Shown: positions 43,277 to 54,057 of the stretch, piece by piece
Position numbering within the stretch: the first letter of the stretch is position 1
How the letters are laid out: every line of letters starts with the position of its first letter
The notes under the pieces: generated by a model
What the model saw: only the letters and a program-made list of their open reading frames with translations
What the model was told of the DNA's origin: nothing
Databases searched by the model: none
Made by a program: the position numbers and the translations under genes
NCBI GenBank assembly: GCA_043818215.1
Contig: JBDRGC010000023.1
Location: forward strand, 1,976 to 65,975
Direction of reading: 5' to 3'
Length of the DNA: 64,000 bases
Source: Chloroflexota bacterium
Lineage (GTDB): Bacteria > Chloroflexota > Anaerolineae > Anaerolineales > UBA11858

Positions 43277-43849
43277 ATGAAACGGAACTTTATTATTGCC
43301 CTGCTTATTGCTTTGTTCTTGCTTGCAAGCGTTGGCGGCGTTGGATACATGACCAGCTACGCTCGCGATAGCGTTTCCATTGGGGACGTTGTTCTACCAC
43401 CGCGCCCCTCACCCAATCCTAAAATCACACCTGCTCCTCCTGCCTCTCCACTTCCCGATCTTCCCGATCTTAGCATTGGATTAATCGCTTACCCCTCAGA
43501 AGCAATAATCGGTGACAGAGTGATGTTCACGATCAACCTGGTCAATCCAGAGAAAATCAAGGCCAGGGGAGTGGATGTTTTGGGGTTGATCCCTGATGTG
43601 TTCGATGTTCTGGATATCACTACCACGCATGGGGATGCTAGTTTCAATTCCAGGTCTCATAATGTCAAAACCAGTATCCGGCCGTTGCCACCTGAGACAA
43701 GTGTCACAATTATCATTTCCGCGCGAGTAAATCCCCAGGCTGTCATTGGAACAACGTATTACACGGCTGCCAGGGTATTCTATGGAAAGCAACCCGACAC
43801 CAGGCAATTTTTCTCGAATTGGGTAGCGGTCAGTATCAGTGGGGAATGA
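43277..43849 (+). CDS. Small secreted DUF11/CARDB-like protein
   Basis: N-terminal signal/anchor MKRNFIIALLIALFLLASVGG, a Pro-rich linker, then a beta-sandwich-like segment PDLSIGLIAYPSEAIIGDRVMFTINLVN. Confidence 0.55.
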   Translation: MKRNFIIALLIALFLLASVGGVGYMTSYARDSVSIGDVVLPPRPSPNPKITPAPPASPLPDLPDLSIGLIAYPSEAIIGDRVMFTINLVNPEKIKARGVDVLGLIPDVFDVLDITTTHGDASFNSRSHNVKTSIRPLPPETSVTIIISARVNPQAVIGTTYYTAARVFYGKQPDTRQFFSNWVAVSISGE

Positions 43850-43964
43850 GGATCGGGTTTTTATGTGCGCAGTATCTCTCACTTCAGTAGTGACCCGTTC
43901 ACGTCTTGCATCCTTCCACGGCAAATCCCAGAGACCCAATAGTCCTTGAAAATGAGCAGCATTT

Positions 43965-45269
43965 TTAGCCTATGATCTGACGAATGTGCGGGGGCAGCGT
44001 TATCGGCTCATCGCTCCAGGCTACGGCGGCCAACAAACGTTCGCGGGCGGCAGCCAGCGTCTCAGCACTGTTGGCGTGTATGGTCAGCAAAGGCTGGCCT
44101 TGGTTCACTCGATCGCCGACCTTGGCATGATGGACTATGCCCACGCTGTAGTCGATGGAGTCGCTCTTTTTGGTGCGTCCGCCGCCGAGCATAACGCTGG
44201 TCTTGCCCACTTCGATGGCGTCTAGCGCGGCGATATAACCGCTTTGCGGCGCGGGCACGGTCTCGACCAGGGGGGCTTGGGGCAGCAGATCGGGATCATG
44301 AATAACGGCCGGATCGCCGCCTTGTGCCGTGATCCATTCCACAAACTTCACCCAGGCGGAACCGTCATCCAGTGCCCGGGCCAGCATGGTTTTGGCCTCG
44401 TCCAGACTTGATGCTTTGCCCGAAAGCTGCACCATCTTCCCGGCCACAGTGAGGCAGTGCTGGCGGAAATCTTCCGGCCCCCTGCCGTGCAAAGTCTCGA
44501 TTGCTTCCTTCACCTCAAGAGCATTGCCCACAGCATTACCCAGGGGCTGATCCATATCGGCGATAACGGCCGCGACCTGGCGATCCACGCCGCGCCCGAT
44601 CTCCATCATGAGATTCGCCAGCGCCACTGCCTCTGCCTCGGTCTTCATAAAAGCGCCGCGCCCGACCTTCACATCCAGGACGATAGCATTTGCGCCAGAA
44701 GCGATCTTCTTGCTCATGATGCTACCGGCGATAAGGGGCAGGCTCTCGACGGTGGCGGTGACATCCCGCAAGGCATAGAGCTTGCCATCCGCCGGGGCTA
44801 GATCGACGCTTTGGCCGGATACGACGATGCCGTGTTCAGCCAGCATCTCCAAGAATTCCCTGGTAGTGAGGTTGGCATTGAAGCCGCGGATCGATTCCAA
44901 TTTATCGACCGTGCCGCCCGAAAAGCCCAGCCCCCGCCCGCTCACTTTGCCCACCGGCAGGCCGCAGCTAGCGACCAAAGGTGCCACAACCAACGTCGTT
45001 TTATCGCCTACACCGCCCGTAGAGTGTTTGTCTACTACCATGGGCGCGATGTCATGTAGATCGAGCATATCGCCGCTTTGGGCTATGTGCATGGTGTAAG
45101 CGGTTGCCTCCTCATCTGTCATGCCCCGCAGCACCACGGCCATACACCAGGCGCTGGCCTGGTAATCGGGGATGTCTCCATTGGTATAGCCTTCGACGAA
45201 ATACTTGATTTCCTCGTTGCTGAGTTCTTTGCCGTCTCGTTTTTTGGCGATGATTTCGACGATATTCAT
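43965..45269 (-). CDS. pdp: Pyrimidine-nucleoside (thymidine) phosphorylase
   Basis: Collinear with my recollection of B. subtilis Pdp: IIAKKRDGKELSNEEIKYFVEGYTNGDIPDYQASAW..DKHSTGGVGDKTTLVVAPLVA..SGRGLGFSGGTVDKLE..LYALRDVT. Confidence 0.9.
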   Translation of the reverse strand: MNIVEIIAKKRDGKELSNEEIKYFVEGYTNGDIPDYQASAWCMAVVLRGMTDEEATAYTMHIAQSGDMLDLHDIAPMVVDKHSTGGVGDKTTLVVAPLVASCGLPVGKVSGRGLGFSGGTVDKLESIRGFNANLTTREFLEMLAEHGIVVSGQSVDLAPADGKLYALRDVTATVESLPLIAGSIMSKKIASGANAIVLDVKVGRGAFMKTEAEAVALANLMMEIGRGVDRQVAAVIADMDQPLGNAVGNALEVKEAIETLHGRGPEDFRQHCLTVAGKMVQLSGKASSLDEAKTMLARALDDGSAWVKFVEWITAQGGDPAVIHDPDLLPQAPLVETVPAPQSGYIAALDAIEVGKTSVMLGGGRTKKSDSIDYSVGIVHHAKVGDRVNQGQPLLTIHANSAETLAAARERLLAAVAWSDEPITLPPHIRQIIG

Positions 45270-45317
45270 GGTTATTATTCCTTGCCACGATGTTGTGTCG
45301 GAGATCTTGGAGTAGGA

Positions 45318-45866
45318 CTATTCGCGCTGAGTGAACATGGCCGCATTTTGCCGTACTAAAGCAAAAGGTGCGCGCATGCCCTTTAGAGAAGGCATTACCG
45401 GGCAGGACATGAGCACATCGAAAATGGGCAGAAAATCCCCTTTTGCGACTCCCAAAAAAATGTCGAGTTTCGATTGTTGTGCTATGCGTATTGTGCAGTC
45501 AAAACGAAAGACGCCGACAAACGCAGTTGTGGGATACATCTTTCGGTTAGGTTCGTTGACATCATAATACGGCGCTTCGCTGGCCGGGGGCAGAAGATGA
45601 TAGGCAATGATCTGCCTGGTTTGGATATGCAAAACGGAAGATTTGAAGGTTTTCGTAGATTGTCCGGCGCCAAATATCATGGTTTGTGCATCCGTGATGC
45701 TCATATATGTAGGCGTCATTCCTGTTTGCATCCAGGTGCTGACGCGAATGGCCTGTTTGGAAATAAGCTGTCCCCAAATTAATTTCTGCGGGGTGTATAT
45801 CATCACCGGTGAGAGTTTTTCATCCTCCGTGGGAATGTATGCCTGGACAGTCGGTTGTGGGGTCAT
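45318..45866 (-). CDS. Hypothetical protein
   Basis: ATG at 45866, preceded by GAGGAAACC. I recognise no family. Confidence 0.45.
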   Translation of the reverse strand: MTPQPTVQAYIPTEDEKLSPVMIYTPQKLIWGQLISKQAIRVSTWMQTGMTPTYMSITDAQTMIFGAGQSTKTFKSSVLHIQTRQIIAYHLLPPASEAPYYDVNEPNRKMYPTTAFVGVFRFDCTIRIAQQSKLDIFLGVAKGDFLPIFDVLMSCPVMPSLKGMRAPFALVRQNAAMFTQRE

Positions 45867-45987
45867 GGTTTCCTCTTGATTATTAATAGAGTTGTTACAG
45901 AATAAGAATTTGAGCTCTTGAAATTCATATCTGGACACAGATTCAAACAGATTTACTCTTCGGGCACTATAGATGACTGCACTGAAA

Positions 45988-46352
45988 AAACTCTCTTACC
46001 GCGGAGAACGCAGTACCCCTTCGGGTATGCTTCGCGAAGAACGCAGAGAAAAACCTAAAACCAAGTTTAGGAATTCATGCCAGAATCTGAGCAAAGTTCC
46101 GAAATCTTAATTTGACAATGGCACATTAAACATTTGTTCTATCAAAACAAGCTAGTTCGCTGGTTGAGTAGGCATCTTTTCGCCGTATCGAAACCAAGAA
46201 CGGGTTCTGCGTATGCCGCTCCGCCTTGATTTCGATACGCTCTGCTACTCAATCAGCGGCTCCGCTTTTTACTATACGAAAATGTGACAATGTCACATTA
46301 AACTGATTTTCAATAATCTCAGCGATCTCCGCGTGCTCTGCGGTGAAATAAC
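45988..46352. repeat. Repeat-packed spacer: ccgcggagaacgc/ccccttcgggtatgcttcgcgaag motif, direct repeats of tgacaatgNcacattaaac flanking a long gagtag...gtatcgaaa // tttcgatac...ctactc hairpin, and a ctccgcgtgctctgcggt motif
   Basis: Read directly. It lies between the hypothetical gene and prs. Confidence 0.7.
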
Positions 46353-46429
46353 CTTTTTTCAGTGGACTCATCCACTTAATCCGCAAAATCTGCGTTCTAT
46401 TCAACGCCGGTTGATTACTAACTGCAAAT

Positions 46430-47383
46430 CTAAGTCAAAACGAGCAGCGGCGAGATGCTTTCGCACTTGTGAATGCGTTGAATGATTTCAGCCAAAAGTG
46501 GAGCAATGGAAAGCACTACCAACTTAGGGTGCTGCTTTTCTATGGGCACGGGAATTGAGTTGGTGACCACCAATTTTTCGATGCGCTCGCCGGCGTCTAG
46601 ATATTCCAACGCTGAAGGCAGCAATACCGGGTGGGTGATGGCAAAGCAGGTCTTGCCCGTGGCTCCTTTGGCGTACAGTGCGTCAATCTGTTTCAGCACA
46701 CTGCCCCCCGCGATCAAGTCGTCGATTACAATGGGACGGCGTCCCCGGATATCGCCCACCACGTGGACAGTTTCCGTCTCCGAGAAGCTGGTGCGCCGTT
46801 TATGCATCACCACCAGGGGCAGGTGAAGGGATTCGGCGTATTTCCCGGCCAGACTGGCACGTCCCACGTCGGGGCTGACAATGGCGGCGTTCTCGAATTC
46901 AGGCTTGCGGAAATAATCGGCCAGCAGATTCACCGCCGAGAGTGGATCAACGGGGATATTGAAAAAGCCTTGAATCGCCCGGCTGTGGATGTCTACGAAG
47001 ATCACCCGGCTGGCACCCTGGTTTTCGAGCAGGTTGGCAACCACGCGGGCGCTGATCGCCTCCCGCCCGCGAGCCATGCGTTCCTGCCGGGCATACGGAA
47101 AATAGGGCATCACCACACTGACGCTGTTGGCGCTGGCCCGCCGGAAAGCATCCAGAAGCAGCAGTAATTCCACCAGATTATCATTGACCGGCACAGAACA
47201 GGGCTGTATCAGGAAGATATCTTGTCCCCGCACAACCTCGTCGATCATAACGTGGATTTCGCTGTCCGGCAAAATTTGAGTTGAGCATTTGCTCAAAGGA
47301 ACCTTGAGTATGGCTGCAATTTCTTGCGCCAGTTCCGGGTGCGCGGACCCCGAAAAGATGCGCAAGGTTTTATTTTCCGTCAT
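46430..47383 (-). CDS. prs: Ribose-phosphate pyrophosphokinase
   Basis: [48 protein letters not shown] at 47383 with GAGGAGG upstream. Confidence 0.9.
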   Translation of the reverse strand: MTENKTLRIFSGSAHPELAQEIAAILKVPLSKCSTQILPDSEIHVMIDEVVRGQDIFLIQPCSVPVNDNLVELLLLLDAFRRASANSVSVVMPYFPYARQERMARGREAISARVVANLLENQGASRVIFVDIHSRAIQGFFNIPVDPLSAVNLLADYFRKPEFENAAIVSPDVGRASLAGKYAESLHLPLVVMHKRRTSFSETETVHVVGDIRGRRPIVIDDLIAGGSVLKQIDALYAKGATGKTCFAITHPVLLPSALEYLDAGERIEKLVVTNSIPVPIEKQHPKLVVLSIAPLLAEIIQRIHKCESISPLLVLT

Positions 47384-47646
47384 TGGTTGCCTCCTCGGTT
47401 TATGCTCAGTTTTGGTGGTGGTTAGATGGTAAGTGATGACCAAATTACAAAATGCTCTAGGCCGCCGTCCTTTGCGAAGCATCCCTGTGGGACAGCGGCG
47501 GGGACGCCGCTGGGAGCATCTTGAAATAGCCCGTCACAAAACTTTTTTACCACTGACTCAGTTTTTAGTCATACGCAGTTTGTAGTAGCGCACGGGAGTG
47601 CGCCCTCCCCAGACACAAATCCGCCAATTCTGCAAATCCGTGCAAT

Positions 47647-48954
47647 TCACACCGCCGCTCGAATGGCACGCTCGTAGTCAGCGCGCTCCTGCAATTGTTG
47701 GCGCAGCGTTTGGATATCGCCGGGGAGGAACCTGATGGCGAACAAATAGAAAACGAAGCACAACAGCCAAGTCGTAATGCAAATTGTCAATATTGCGGTG
47801 TGCAGGTTGCTGGCATCCGCGATGATGCCTGCCAGCAAGGGTGCCAGGGCTGCTCCGCCGTTTTCGATGAAATACTGGATGGACAGCGCGGTGCTGCGCA
47901 CTTCCGGCAGGGTGACATCGTAAACAGTGGAGATGACATTGGGAGATGATAGTGGTATGAATAGCGCTGTGAGGCACAGTAATATGAAGAACAGCGTGCG
48001 ATTTTCTACCGGCACACTCATGGTGAAGAACAAGAAGATCGCGCCGGTCAGCACGCCGACCATGGCAACGATAATGCGTCCATTGAGCGTCCGCTTGAAC
48101 ATATAATCGCCCAGCGCCCCGCCAAGAAAATAACCGCCCGCCAGTATCAAGACTGCTGGTGCCATAGTTAGCAGGACGCTGTTCTCGTCGTAGCCGCGCT
48201 CCTCGGCCAGATAAGTGAAGAACCAATAGGTGATCACATTCCACGGGAACACACCGGCAAAACCTTGCAGGAACATGAACCATAGGCTGCGTTTCTTGAA
48301 CAATCCTAAGGCCTGTTCTTTGCTGAAGCGGTAAACCCCCATTTCCTCGAGATTCTCGAGCGCGGGTTCGCTTTTCCCGCGCGGCACATCGCGTACCCCG
48401 AAGAAAATGACGATTGCCAGCAAGATGCCCAACCCGCCTGTAATGTAGAACACGTTGCGCCAATCCCAGCCCAGCATCGGCGCGACCATCAAGGCCAGGA
48501 TCATCCCCAGTAAATAGCCAAGCGGTTGCGACAATTGAAGCAATCCATAGATTCGCCCTCGAATGTTGGGGGCGAAGTAATCGGCAATCAGGCTAAAGAG
48601 GCCGGGGTAAGATGAGTCGTCGATGCCGGTGGATGCACGCGTCGCCAGGAACGAGCCATAACTGGGAGCGATAGCGCTCAACCATGTTGTAGCCCCCCAG
48701 ATGAACGAAGCCAACGCCAGCAACTTCGCGCGCGCGTACCGGTCATATAGATAGCCCCAGAGCGGATACAACACTGTCCCAACAAGCAGAGCGCCAGTGA
48801 CCACCGCTCCCATTTGGGTTTTGGTGATATCGAACGACTTCATGATTTCCGGCGTCAGCGGTCCGATCAGCAGCTTGTCGCTTTGATGGAGCAGCATAAA
48901 TGTAAAGAATATACCTACTACAAACCAGCGGTACTTGCTATTGGATGGCTTCAT
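47647..48954 (-). CDS. MFS transporter
   Basis: 435 aa with about 12 TM segments, and a GYLYDRYARAKLL loop after TM2. Confidence 0.75.
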   Translation of the reverse strand: MKPSNSKYRWFVVGIFFTFMLLHQSDKLLIGPLTPEIMKSFDITKTQMGAVVTGALLVGTVLYPLWGYLYDRYARAKLLALASFIWGATTWLSAIAPSYGSFLATRASTGIDDSSYPGLFSLIADYFAPNIRGRIYGLLQLSQPLGYLLGMILALMVAPMLGWDWRNVFYITGGLGILLAIVIFFGVRDVPRGKSEPALENLEEMGVYRFSKEQALGLFKKRSLWFMFLQGFAGVFPWNVITYWFFTYLAEERGYDENSVLLTMAPAVLILAGGYFLGGALGDYMFKRTLNGRIIVAMVGVLTGAIFLFFTMSVPVENRTLFFILLCLTALFIPLSSPNVISTVYDVTLPEVRSTALSIQYFIENGGAALAPLLAGIIADASNLHTAILTICITTWLLCFVFYLFAIRFLPGDIQTLRQQLQERADYERAIRAAV

Positions 48955-49019
48955 GGGGGATCTCCTCTTTGTTTGCTAAATGTGAGGTGAGTCTAATATA
49001 ATTGCACGGGGGCGTCAAC

Positions 49020-49612
49020 GATTCAGCGAGTCTGCGAGTCAACGAGTCTGCGAGTCAGCGAGTCAGCGAGTCAACGAGCAAATCAGCCCCCCGAATGAAT
49101 TCGGGGTCTGGTATTGGAAACATGCTAAAGCATGTTGCGGCACGCCCTGAACCTGCTTTAGCAGGTTTCTCGTAGCAGCATCGAACACCTGCACTTGCGT
49201 TTAGGTGCAAGTGTTCATTCGATGTCGGTCAGCGAGTCAACGAGTCAACGAGTCAACGATCAAATCACCCCCCGAATGAATTCGGGGTCTGGTATTGGAA
49301 ACATGCTAAAGCATGTTGCGGTACGCCTTGAACCTGTTTTAACAGATTTCTCGTAGCAGCATCGAACACCTGCACTTGCGTTTAGGTGCAAGTGTTCATT
49401 CGATGTCGGTCAACGAGTCGACGAGTCTGCAACTCGCCGACTCGCAAACTCACCGACTCGCCGACCTACCAACTCGCCAACTCGCCGACCCTGACTCGCC
49501 GACTCGCTGACTTGCTGACTCCCCAACTTGACACCCCCCACCCAAATCTGCTATACTATCCCCGACTGGTCAGACCACTTACCAGTGAAACAAACTCGCC
49601 ACTCGCCACTCG
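49020..49612. repeat. Composite palindromic region: CGAGTCA-type arrays, two tandem copies of a 182-nt four-hairpin module (49079-49260, 49261-about 49440), and inverse GACTCGC-type arrays
   Basis: Module hairpins are ccccgaaTGAAttcgggg, aacatgcTAAAgcatgtt, aacctgcTTTAgcaggtt and catcgaacacctgcacttgcg..gtgcaagtgttcattcgatg. The period is 49261-49079 = 182. Confidence 0.85.
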
Positions 49613-49615
49613 CCC

Positions 49616-50299
49616 ATGAACAACTGGTCCGCCCCACAACGCCCCATAGAGCATGCAGAACAATCGCTCGTGCGCGCCATTTTGGATGGGGACTATCCCT
49701 CGGGCACGACACTGCCAGGAGAGCGCCAATTGGCAGATCAATTGGGAGTCACCCGGCCCACGCTGCGTGAAGCCTTACGCCGTATGGAACGCGATGGCTG
49801 GCTCACCATCCGGCAGGGCAAATCGACAGTGGTCAATGATATCTGGCGCGATGGGGGTTTGAATGTGCTCAGTGCCCTGGCGCGTTTCAGCGATGAAATG
49901 TCCACCGAATTTGCAACCAATCTGTTGAAAGTGCGCCTCGACTTAGCTCCATCATACACCCGTCTCGCAGTGGAACACAACCCGGAGACTGTCATCACAT
50001 ACCTGGAGGCCGCCGCTGATTTGGACGCGCAGCCGGATGCTTTCGCGGCTTTCGATTGGGGGCTACATCGCTGTTTGACCATCGCGTCTGGCAACCCCAT
50101 TTACACTTTGATCCTCAATGGTTTTATCAGTTTTTATGAGCAAAGCGCACGCATATACTTTGCGCATTCAGATGCCCGCGCCAGCTCGAAATCGTTTTAC
50201 GCTGCGCTCCTGACCGCTGCTCAACGCCGCAATGCAGAGGCAGCCGAGAGCATCACCCGCTCCGTCATGCGGGAAAGCATCGAGTTGTGGCAGCGGTAA
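49616..50299 (+). CDS. fadR: FadR-type (GntR family) fatty-acid-responsive regulator
   Basis: Full-length collinearity with my recollection of E. coli FadR: LPGERQLADQLGVTRPTLREALRRMERDGWLTIRQGKSTVVNDIW..GLNVL..LAR; ASGNPIYTLILNGF..Y...YF. Confidence 0.75.
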   Translation: MNNWSAPQRPIEHAEQSLVRAILDGDYPSGTTLPGERQLADQLGVTRPTLREALRRMERDGWLTIRQGKSTVVNDIWRDGGLNVLSALARFSDEMSTEFATNLLKVRLDLAPSYTRLAVEHNPETVITYLEAAADLDAQPDAFAAFDWGLHRCLTIASGNPIYTLILNGFISFYEQSARIYFAHSDARASSKSFYAALLTAAQRRNAEAAESITRSVMRESIELWQR

Positions 50300-50310
50300 C
50301 AGAACGATAT

Positions 50311-50527
50311 GTCATTGCGAGCCGACGCTTTCCGGCGAAGCAATCTCCTTCTCGCCAAGGACGAGATTGCTTCACTCCGCTACTAAGAAGCATAATGCCA
50401 TGTCATTGCGAGCCGACGCTTTCCAGCGAAGCAATCTCCTTCTCGCCAAGGATGAAATTGCTCACCTGCACTGCACCAAACGCAGTGCGGTGCAAGTGTC
50501 AGCGGTAAAGCTGCTTCGCAATGACAG
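50311..50527. repeat. Two tandem copies of the gtcattgcgagccgacgctttccRgcgaagcaatctccttctcgccaagga element, plus an inverted partial copy and a cactgcac hairpin
   Basis: Copies at 50311-50380 and 50402-50465. The inverted fragment gctgcttcgcaatgacag is at 50509-50527. Confidence 0.8.
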
Positions 50528-50551
50528 AATTAATTTGATTTGGAGGTTAAC

Positions 50552-52153
50552 ATGCGACGATGGAATGGCTGGGGAGATGACACCATAACGTACCCGCTGC
50601 CCGATTCGGCGGGCCGATTCCTGGAATTGTTGGTGGGGCCGGGAACCCCGCCGCGGGACGCCGCCCTGGAAGCTGTGACCGCTACAGTCCCTGAATCCCG
50701 GCTGCCGGCTCACGCGTTGGTGGATCCCGATCCCCTTGAGCGACTCCGCCACGCCCGCGGGCAAAGCTTCCCTGACTGGCTGGCCCTGCGCAGCGGGCGC
50801 CGACTCGCATTCCCCGACGGAATCGCCCGTCCGACCACCGACGCCGATGTGCGCAGCCTGATCGACTATGCCCAAACGACCGGCGCGCGCTTGATCCCTT
50901 ACGGGGGCGGCACCAGCGTGGTGGGGCATATCAACCCCGCACCCGGCGATGCCCCCATCCTGACTGTGGATATGGGACGGTTGAACCGCTTGCGCCGCTT
51001 CGATGAAACCAGCCACCTGGCAACCTTCGGCGCCGGTATCATCGGCCCCGATCTGGAAGCCCAACTCCGGGCACGCGGCTGCACCCTGGGGCATTTTCCG
51101 CAATCCTTCGAGTTGTCCACGCTGGGGGGCTGGGTGGTCACTCGTTCCAGCGGGCAGCAATCTCTGAGGTACGGGCGCATCGAGCGCATGTTCTCCGGCG
51201 GGGTGCTGGAATCTCCCGCGGGCAGGTTGACACTTCCAAATTTCCCGGCCTCTGCCGCGGGGCCTGATCTGCGGGAAATCGTTTTGGGATCCGAGGGACG
51301 CCTGGGGGTACTCACCGAGGTCACAGTGCGCGTCACCCCTCTCCCGGAGCGGGAAGATTTTCACGCTATCTTCTTCCCAGATTGGGAGCGCGGTCTGGTC
51401 GCAGTCCGCCAGATCAGCCAATCCTGCTTGCCGCTTTCGATGCTGCGCTACAGCACGCCCACTGAAACCGAAACCACGCTGCGATTGGCGGGTCACGAGC
51501 GGCTGATTGGCACGCTGGAGCGGTTACTGTCCGCCCGGAGTGCGGGGGCTGAGAAGTGCATGTTGCTGGTAGGTTTTACAGGCCAGGACGCGCTTGTCAA
51601 AATGGCCCGCAAAGAAGTGCTGGGCATCACCCGCAAACACAATGGCATACATGTCGGGCGGACATTTGGCAGCCAGTGGCACAAGGGACGTTTCAAGTCT
51701 CCGTACCTGCGCAATACTCTTTGGGAGTTGGGCTACGGGGTGGACACTCTCGAAACCGCCACCGATTGGGGGGCTGTGCCCGCGATGGTGGAGGCGGTTG
51801 AATCTGCGCTGCGGGGGGCTATGGCGGCTTTCGATGAGCGCATTCACGTTTTCACTCACCTATCGCATTTTTATCCCTATGGCAGCAGTATCTACACCAC
51901 CTATCTCTTTCGACTGTCGCCGGACCCCGATGAAACCCTGGAACGCTGGCAGGCGATGAAAGCGGCTGCCAGTCAGGCCGTTGTCGGGCATGGCGGAACC
52001 ATCAGCCACCAGCACGGCGTAGGAGTGGATCACAAACCGTACCTGCCCGCCGAGAAAGGCGAATTGGGCATGGCCGCGATTGGTGATTTGTGTAAACGCT
52101 TCGACCCGGAGGGAATTATGAATCCGGGGAAGTTGCTGGATCGTGAAGCGTGA
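50552..52153 (+). CDS. FAD-linked oxidase, alkyl-dihydroxyacetone-phosphate-synthase-like
   Basis: MRRWNGWGDD..., PYGGGTSVVGH, GHFPQSFELSTLGGWVVTRSSGQ, GSEGRLGVLTEVTVRV, ISHQHGVGVDH. GGAGG lies 5 nt before the ATG at 50552. Confidence 0.8.
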   Translation: MRRWNGWGDDTITYPLPDSAGRFLELLVGPGTPPRDAALEAVTATVPESRLPAHALVDPDPLERLRHARGQSFPDWLALRSGRRLAFPDGIARPTTDADVRSLIDYAQTTGARLIPYGGGTSVVGHINPAPGDAPILTVDMGRLNRLRRFDETSHLATFGAGIIGPDLEAQLRARGCTLGHFPQSFELSTLGGWVVTRSSGQQSLRYGRIERMFSGGVLESPAGRLTLPNFPASAAGPDLREIVLGSEGRLGVLTEVTVRVTPLPEREDFHAIFFPDWERGLVAVRQISQSCLPLSMLRYSTPTETETTLRLAGHERLIGTLERLLSARSAGAEKCMLLVGFTGQDALVKMARKEVLGITRKHNGIHVGRTFGSQWHKGRFKSPYLRNTLWELGYGVDTLETATDWGAVPAMVEAVESALRGAMAAFDERIHVFTHLSHFYPYGSSIYTTYLFRLSPDPDETLERWQAMKAAASQAVVGHGGTISHQHGVGVDHKPYLPAEKGELGMAAIGDLCKRFDPEGIMNPGKLLDREA

Positions 52154-52213
52154 AGCGGAGAGCGTGGAGCGGAGAGATGACTCGCTCCACCCTCCACGCT
52201 ATACGGAGGCAAT

Positions 52214-53959
52214 ATGTGGCAAAAAAATTGGCGCACAGAAATCTGGCCTCAACTTGACCAATCATGGGATATCATCATCGTTGGCGGCGGGATCACTGGC
52301 GCAGGAATCTTGCGGGAAGCAACCCGTTTGGGGCTGCGGGTCTTGCTCGTCGAACAGCGCGATTTCGCCTGGGGAACATCGAGTCGTTCGTCCAAGCTGG
52401 TACACGGCGGCCTGCGCTATCTCAAAGAAGGAAAAATCCGGCTGACCCGTGCCTCGGTGTTGGAGCGCGACCGTCTGATCGAAGAAGGGCCGGGGTTGAT
52501 CGATCCCCTGGGATTCCTGCTGTCAATATACAAAGGCGACCATCCTGGCCGCTGGACTTTCAAAGCCGGTCTCTCGATATACGATTTGCTGGCCCTTCAG
52601 TGGGGTCATCAATATTACAGCGCTGCCGATTTCAAAATGCTGGCCCCCCATATCGAACAGAGCGGTCTCGAAGGCGGCTTCCGCTACGGCGACGCCCAGA
52701 CCGACGATGCCCGGCTGGTGCTGCGGGTCATACGCGAGGCCGTGGCGGAGGGCGGTGTGGCCCTGAATTACGTCACCGCGGCAGAAGTGCTGAAAGAAGA
52801 TGGGCACGTTGTTGGCTTGCGCCTGCGGGATAACGAAACCGGCTCCACCTGCGAAGTCCGCGCCAGAGTGGTTGTCAACGCCACCGGGGCCTGGGCAGAC
52901 CGGCTCCGGGGGTATGTGGGGGCCTCGCCCCGTATCCGCCCTCTGCGCGGCAGTCACCTGTTATTTTCGGCCTGGCGGCTGCCCGTGGCGCAGGCGGTCA
53001 GTTTCCTGCACCCTATCGACCGCCGCCCGGTGTTCATTTTTCCGTGGGAAGGTGTCACCATCATCGGCACCACCGACGTGGATCACGAGGCCTCCCTGGA
53101 CACCGAGCCGGGCATCGACCCCGACGAAGTGGCTTATCTGATGGCCGCAGCCGAGTCCCAATTCCCGTCGCTGGGGCTGACGCTCGATGACGTGGTTGCC
53201 ACTTTTGCAGGCGTGCGCCCGGTGATTGGCACCGGCAAAACTGACCCATCCCAGGAATCCCGCGACCATGTAGTTTGGGAGGATGCCGGTCTGCTGACGG
53301 TCACGGGCGGCAAATTGACCACCTTCCGGCTGATTGCGTTGGATGTGCTCAAAGCCATCCGCCACCACTTGCCGGAAACGCCCCCCCTGTCTGATAATGT
53401 GCCCATGTTGAATCGGGTGGATGCGGATTTGCCGGCGCTTGCCCACTTGGACGAGATCATCCGGCGCCGCCTGTCAGGTCGATATGGGGTGGATGCCTCC
53501 GCCCTGGCGTCGGCATCCGGCCCCGGGGAGTTGACCTTAATCCCCGGAACCCAAACCCTATGGGCGGAATTGCGCTGGGCGGCCCGATCCGAGGCCGTCA
53601 GCCACCTCGAAGATTTACTCTTGCGCCGCGTGCGATTGGGATTGCTCCTGCCCCAGGGAGGCGAACTGCTCCTGCCCCAAATCCGAGCCATCTGCCAACC
53701 CGAACTGGGCTGGGATGACGCCCGTTGGGAAGCTGAGCAGGCCGCCTACCTCCAACTGTGGCGGGAGCATTACCACCTGCCCGCCCGCGCCTCGATCCCA
53801 GATTGGCGCGCCATGCTGGCTGAGGCCAGAGCCAGACACGCAGCCGCCCAGCCTTCGCCCCGCCGCAAACTCATCAAACGCTCGGCGCTGGCCGCTGGAT
53901 TGCTGGCGTTGGCCGCTGCGGGTATGTGTCTGTTCTGGCGGCGCAGGCAGGTTGAGTGA
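52214..53959 (+). CDS. glpD: FAD-dependent glycerol-3-phosphate dehydrogenase
   Basis: [46 protein letters not shown]; C-terminal hydrophobic tail. Confidence 0.85.
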   Translation: MWQKNWRTEIWPQLDQSWDIIIVGGGITGAGILREATRLGLRVLLVEQRDFAWGTSSRSSKLVHGGLRYLKEGKIRLTRASVLERDRLIEEGPGLIDPLGFLLSIYKGDHPGRWTFKAGLSIYDLLALQWGHQYYSAADFKMLAPHIEQSGLEGGFRYGDAQTDDARLVLRVIREAVAEGGVALNYVTAAEVLKEDGHVVGLRLRDNETGSTCEVRARVVVNATGAWADRLRGYVGASPRIRPLRGSHLLFSAWRLPVAQAVSFLHPIDRRPVFIFPWEGVTIIGTTDVDHEASLDTEPGIDPDEVAYLMAAAESQFPSLGLTLDDVVATFAGVRPVIGTGKTDPSQESRDHVVWEDAGLLTVTGGKLTTFRLIALDVLKAIRHHLPETPPLSDNVPMLNRVDADLPALAHLDEIIRRRLSGRYGVDASALASASGPGELTLIPGTQTLWAELRWAARSEAVSHLEDLLLRRVRLGLLLPQGGELLLPQIRAICQPELGWDDARWEAEQAAYLQLWREHYHLPARASIPDWRAMLAEARARHAAAQPSPRRKLIKRSALAAGLLALAAAGMCLFWRRRQVE

Positions 53960-53974
53960 CGACCGAAGACAGCC

Positions 53975-54057
53975 GGTTTGTAGTAGGGCACGAGAGTGCC
54001 CGTGAGCCCCCATCAGCCGCCACTCTCGTGGCGTACTACAAACGGCACTACAAACGG
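53975..54057. repeat. 'tacaaac' hairpin element (gtagtagggcacgagagtgccc ... gccactctcgtggcgtactacaaac)
   Basis: Copies at 55932-56000. Partial copies at about 6025-6075 and 47578-47612. Confidence 0.85.

Noticed and set aside
23996-43849. Diversity-generating retroelement acting on the giant protein
   Set aside because: There is no reverse transcriptase ORF and no template/variable repeat pair in or near the locus.
47678-51496. ORFs 47678-48463 (same strand, alternative frame within the MFS gene) and 50462-51496 (antisense to the FAD oxidase gene)
   Set aside because: Their composition is Arg/Pro/Gly-rich, they show no motifs, and each overlaps a well-supported gene.
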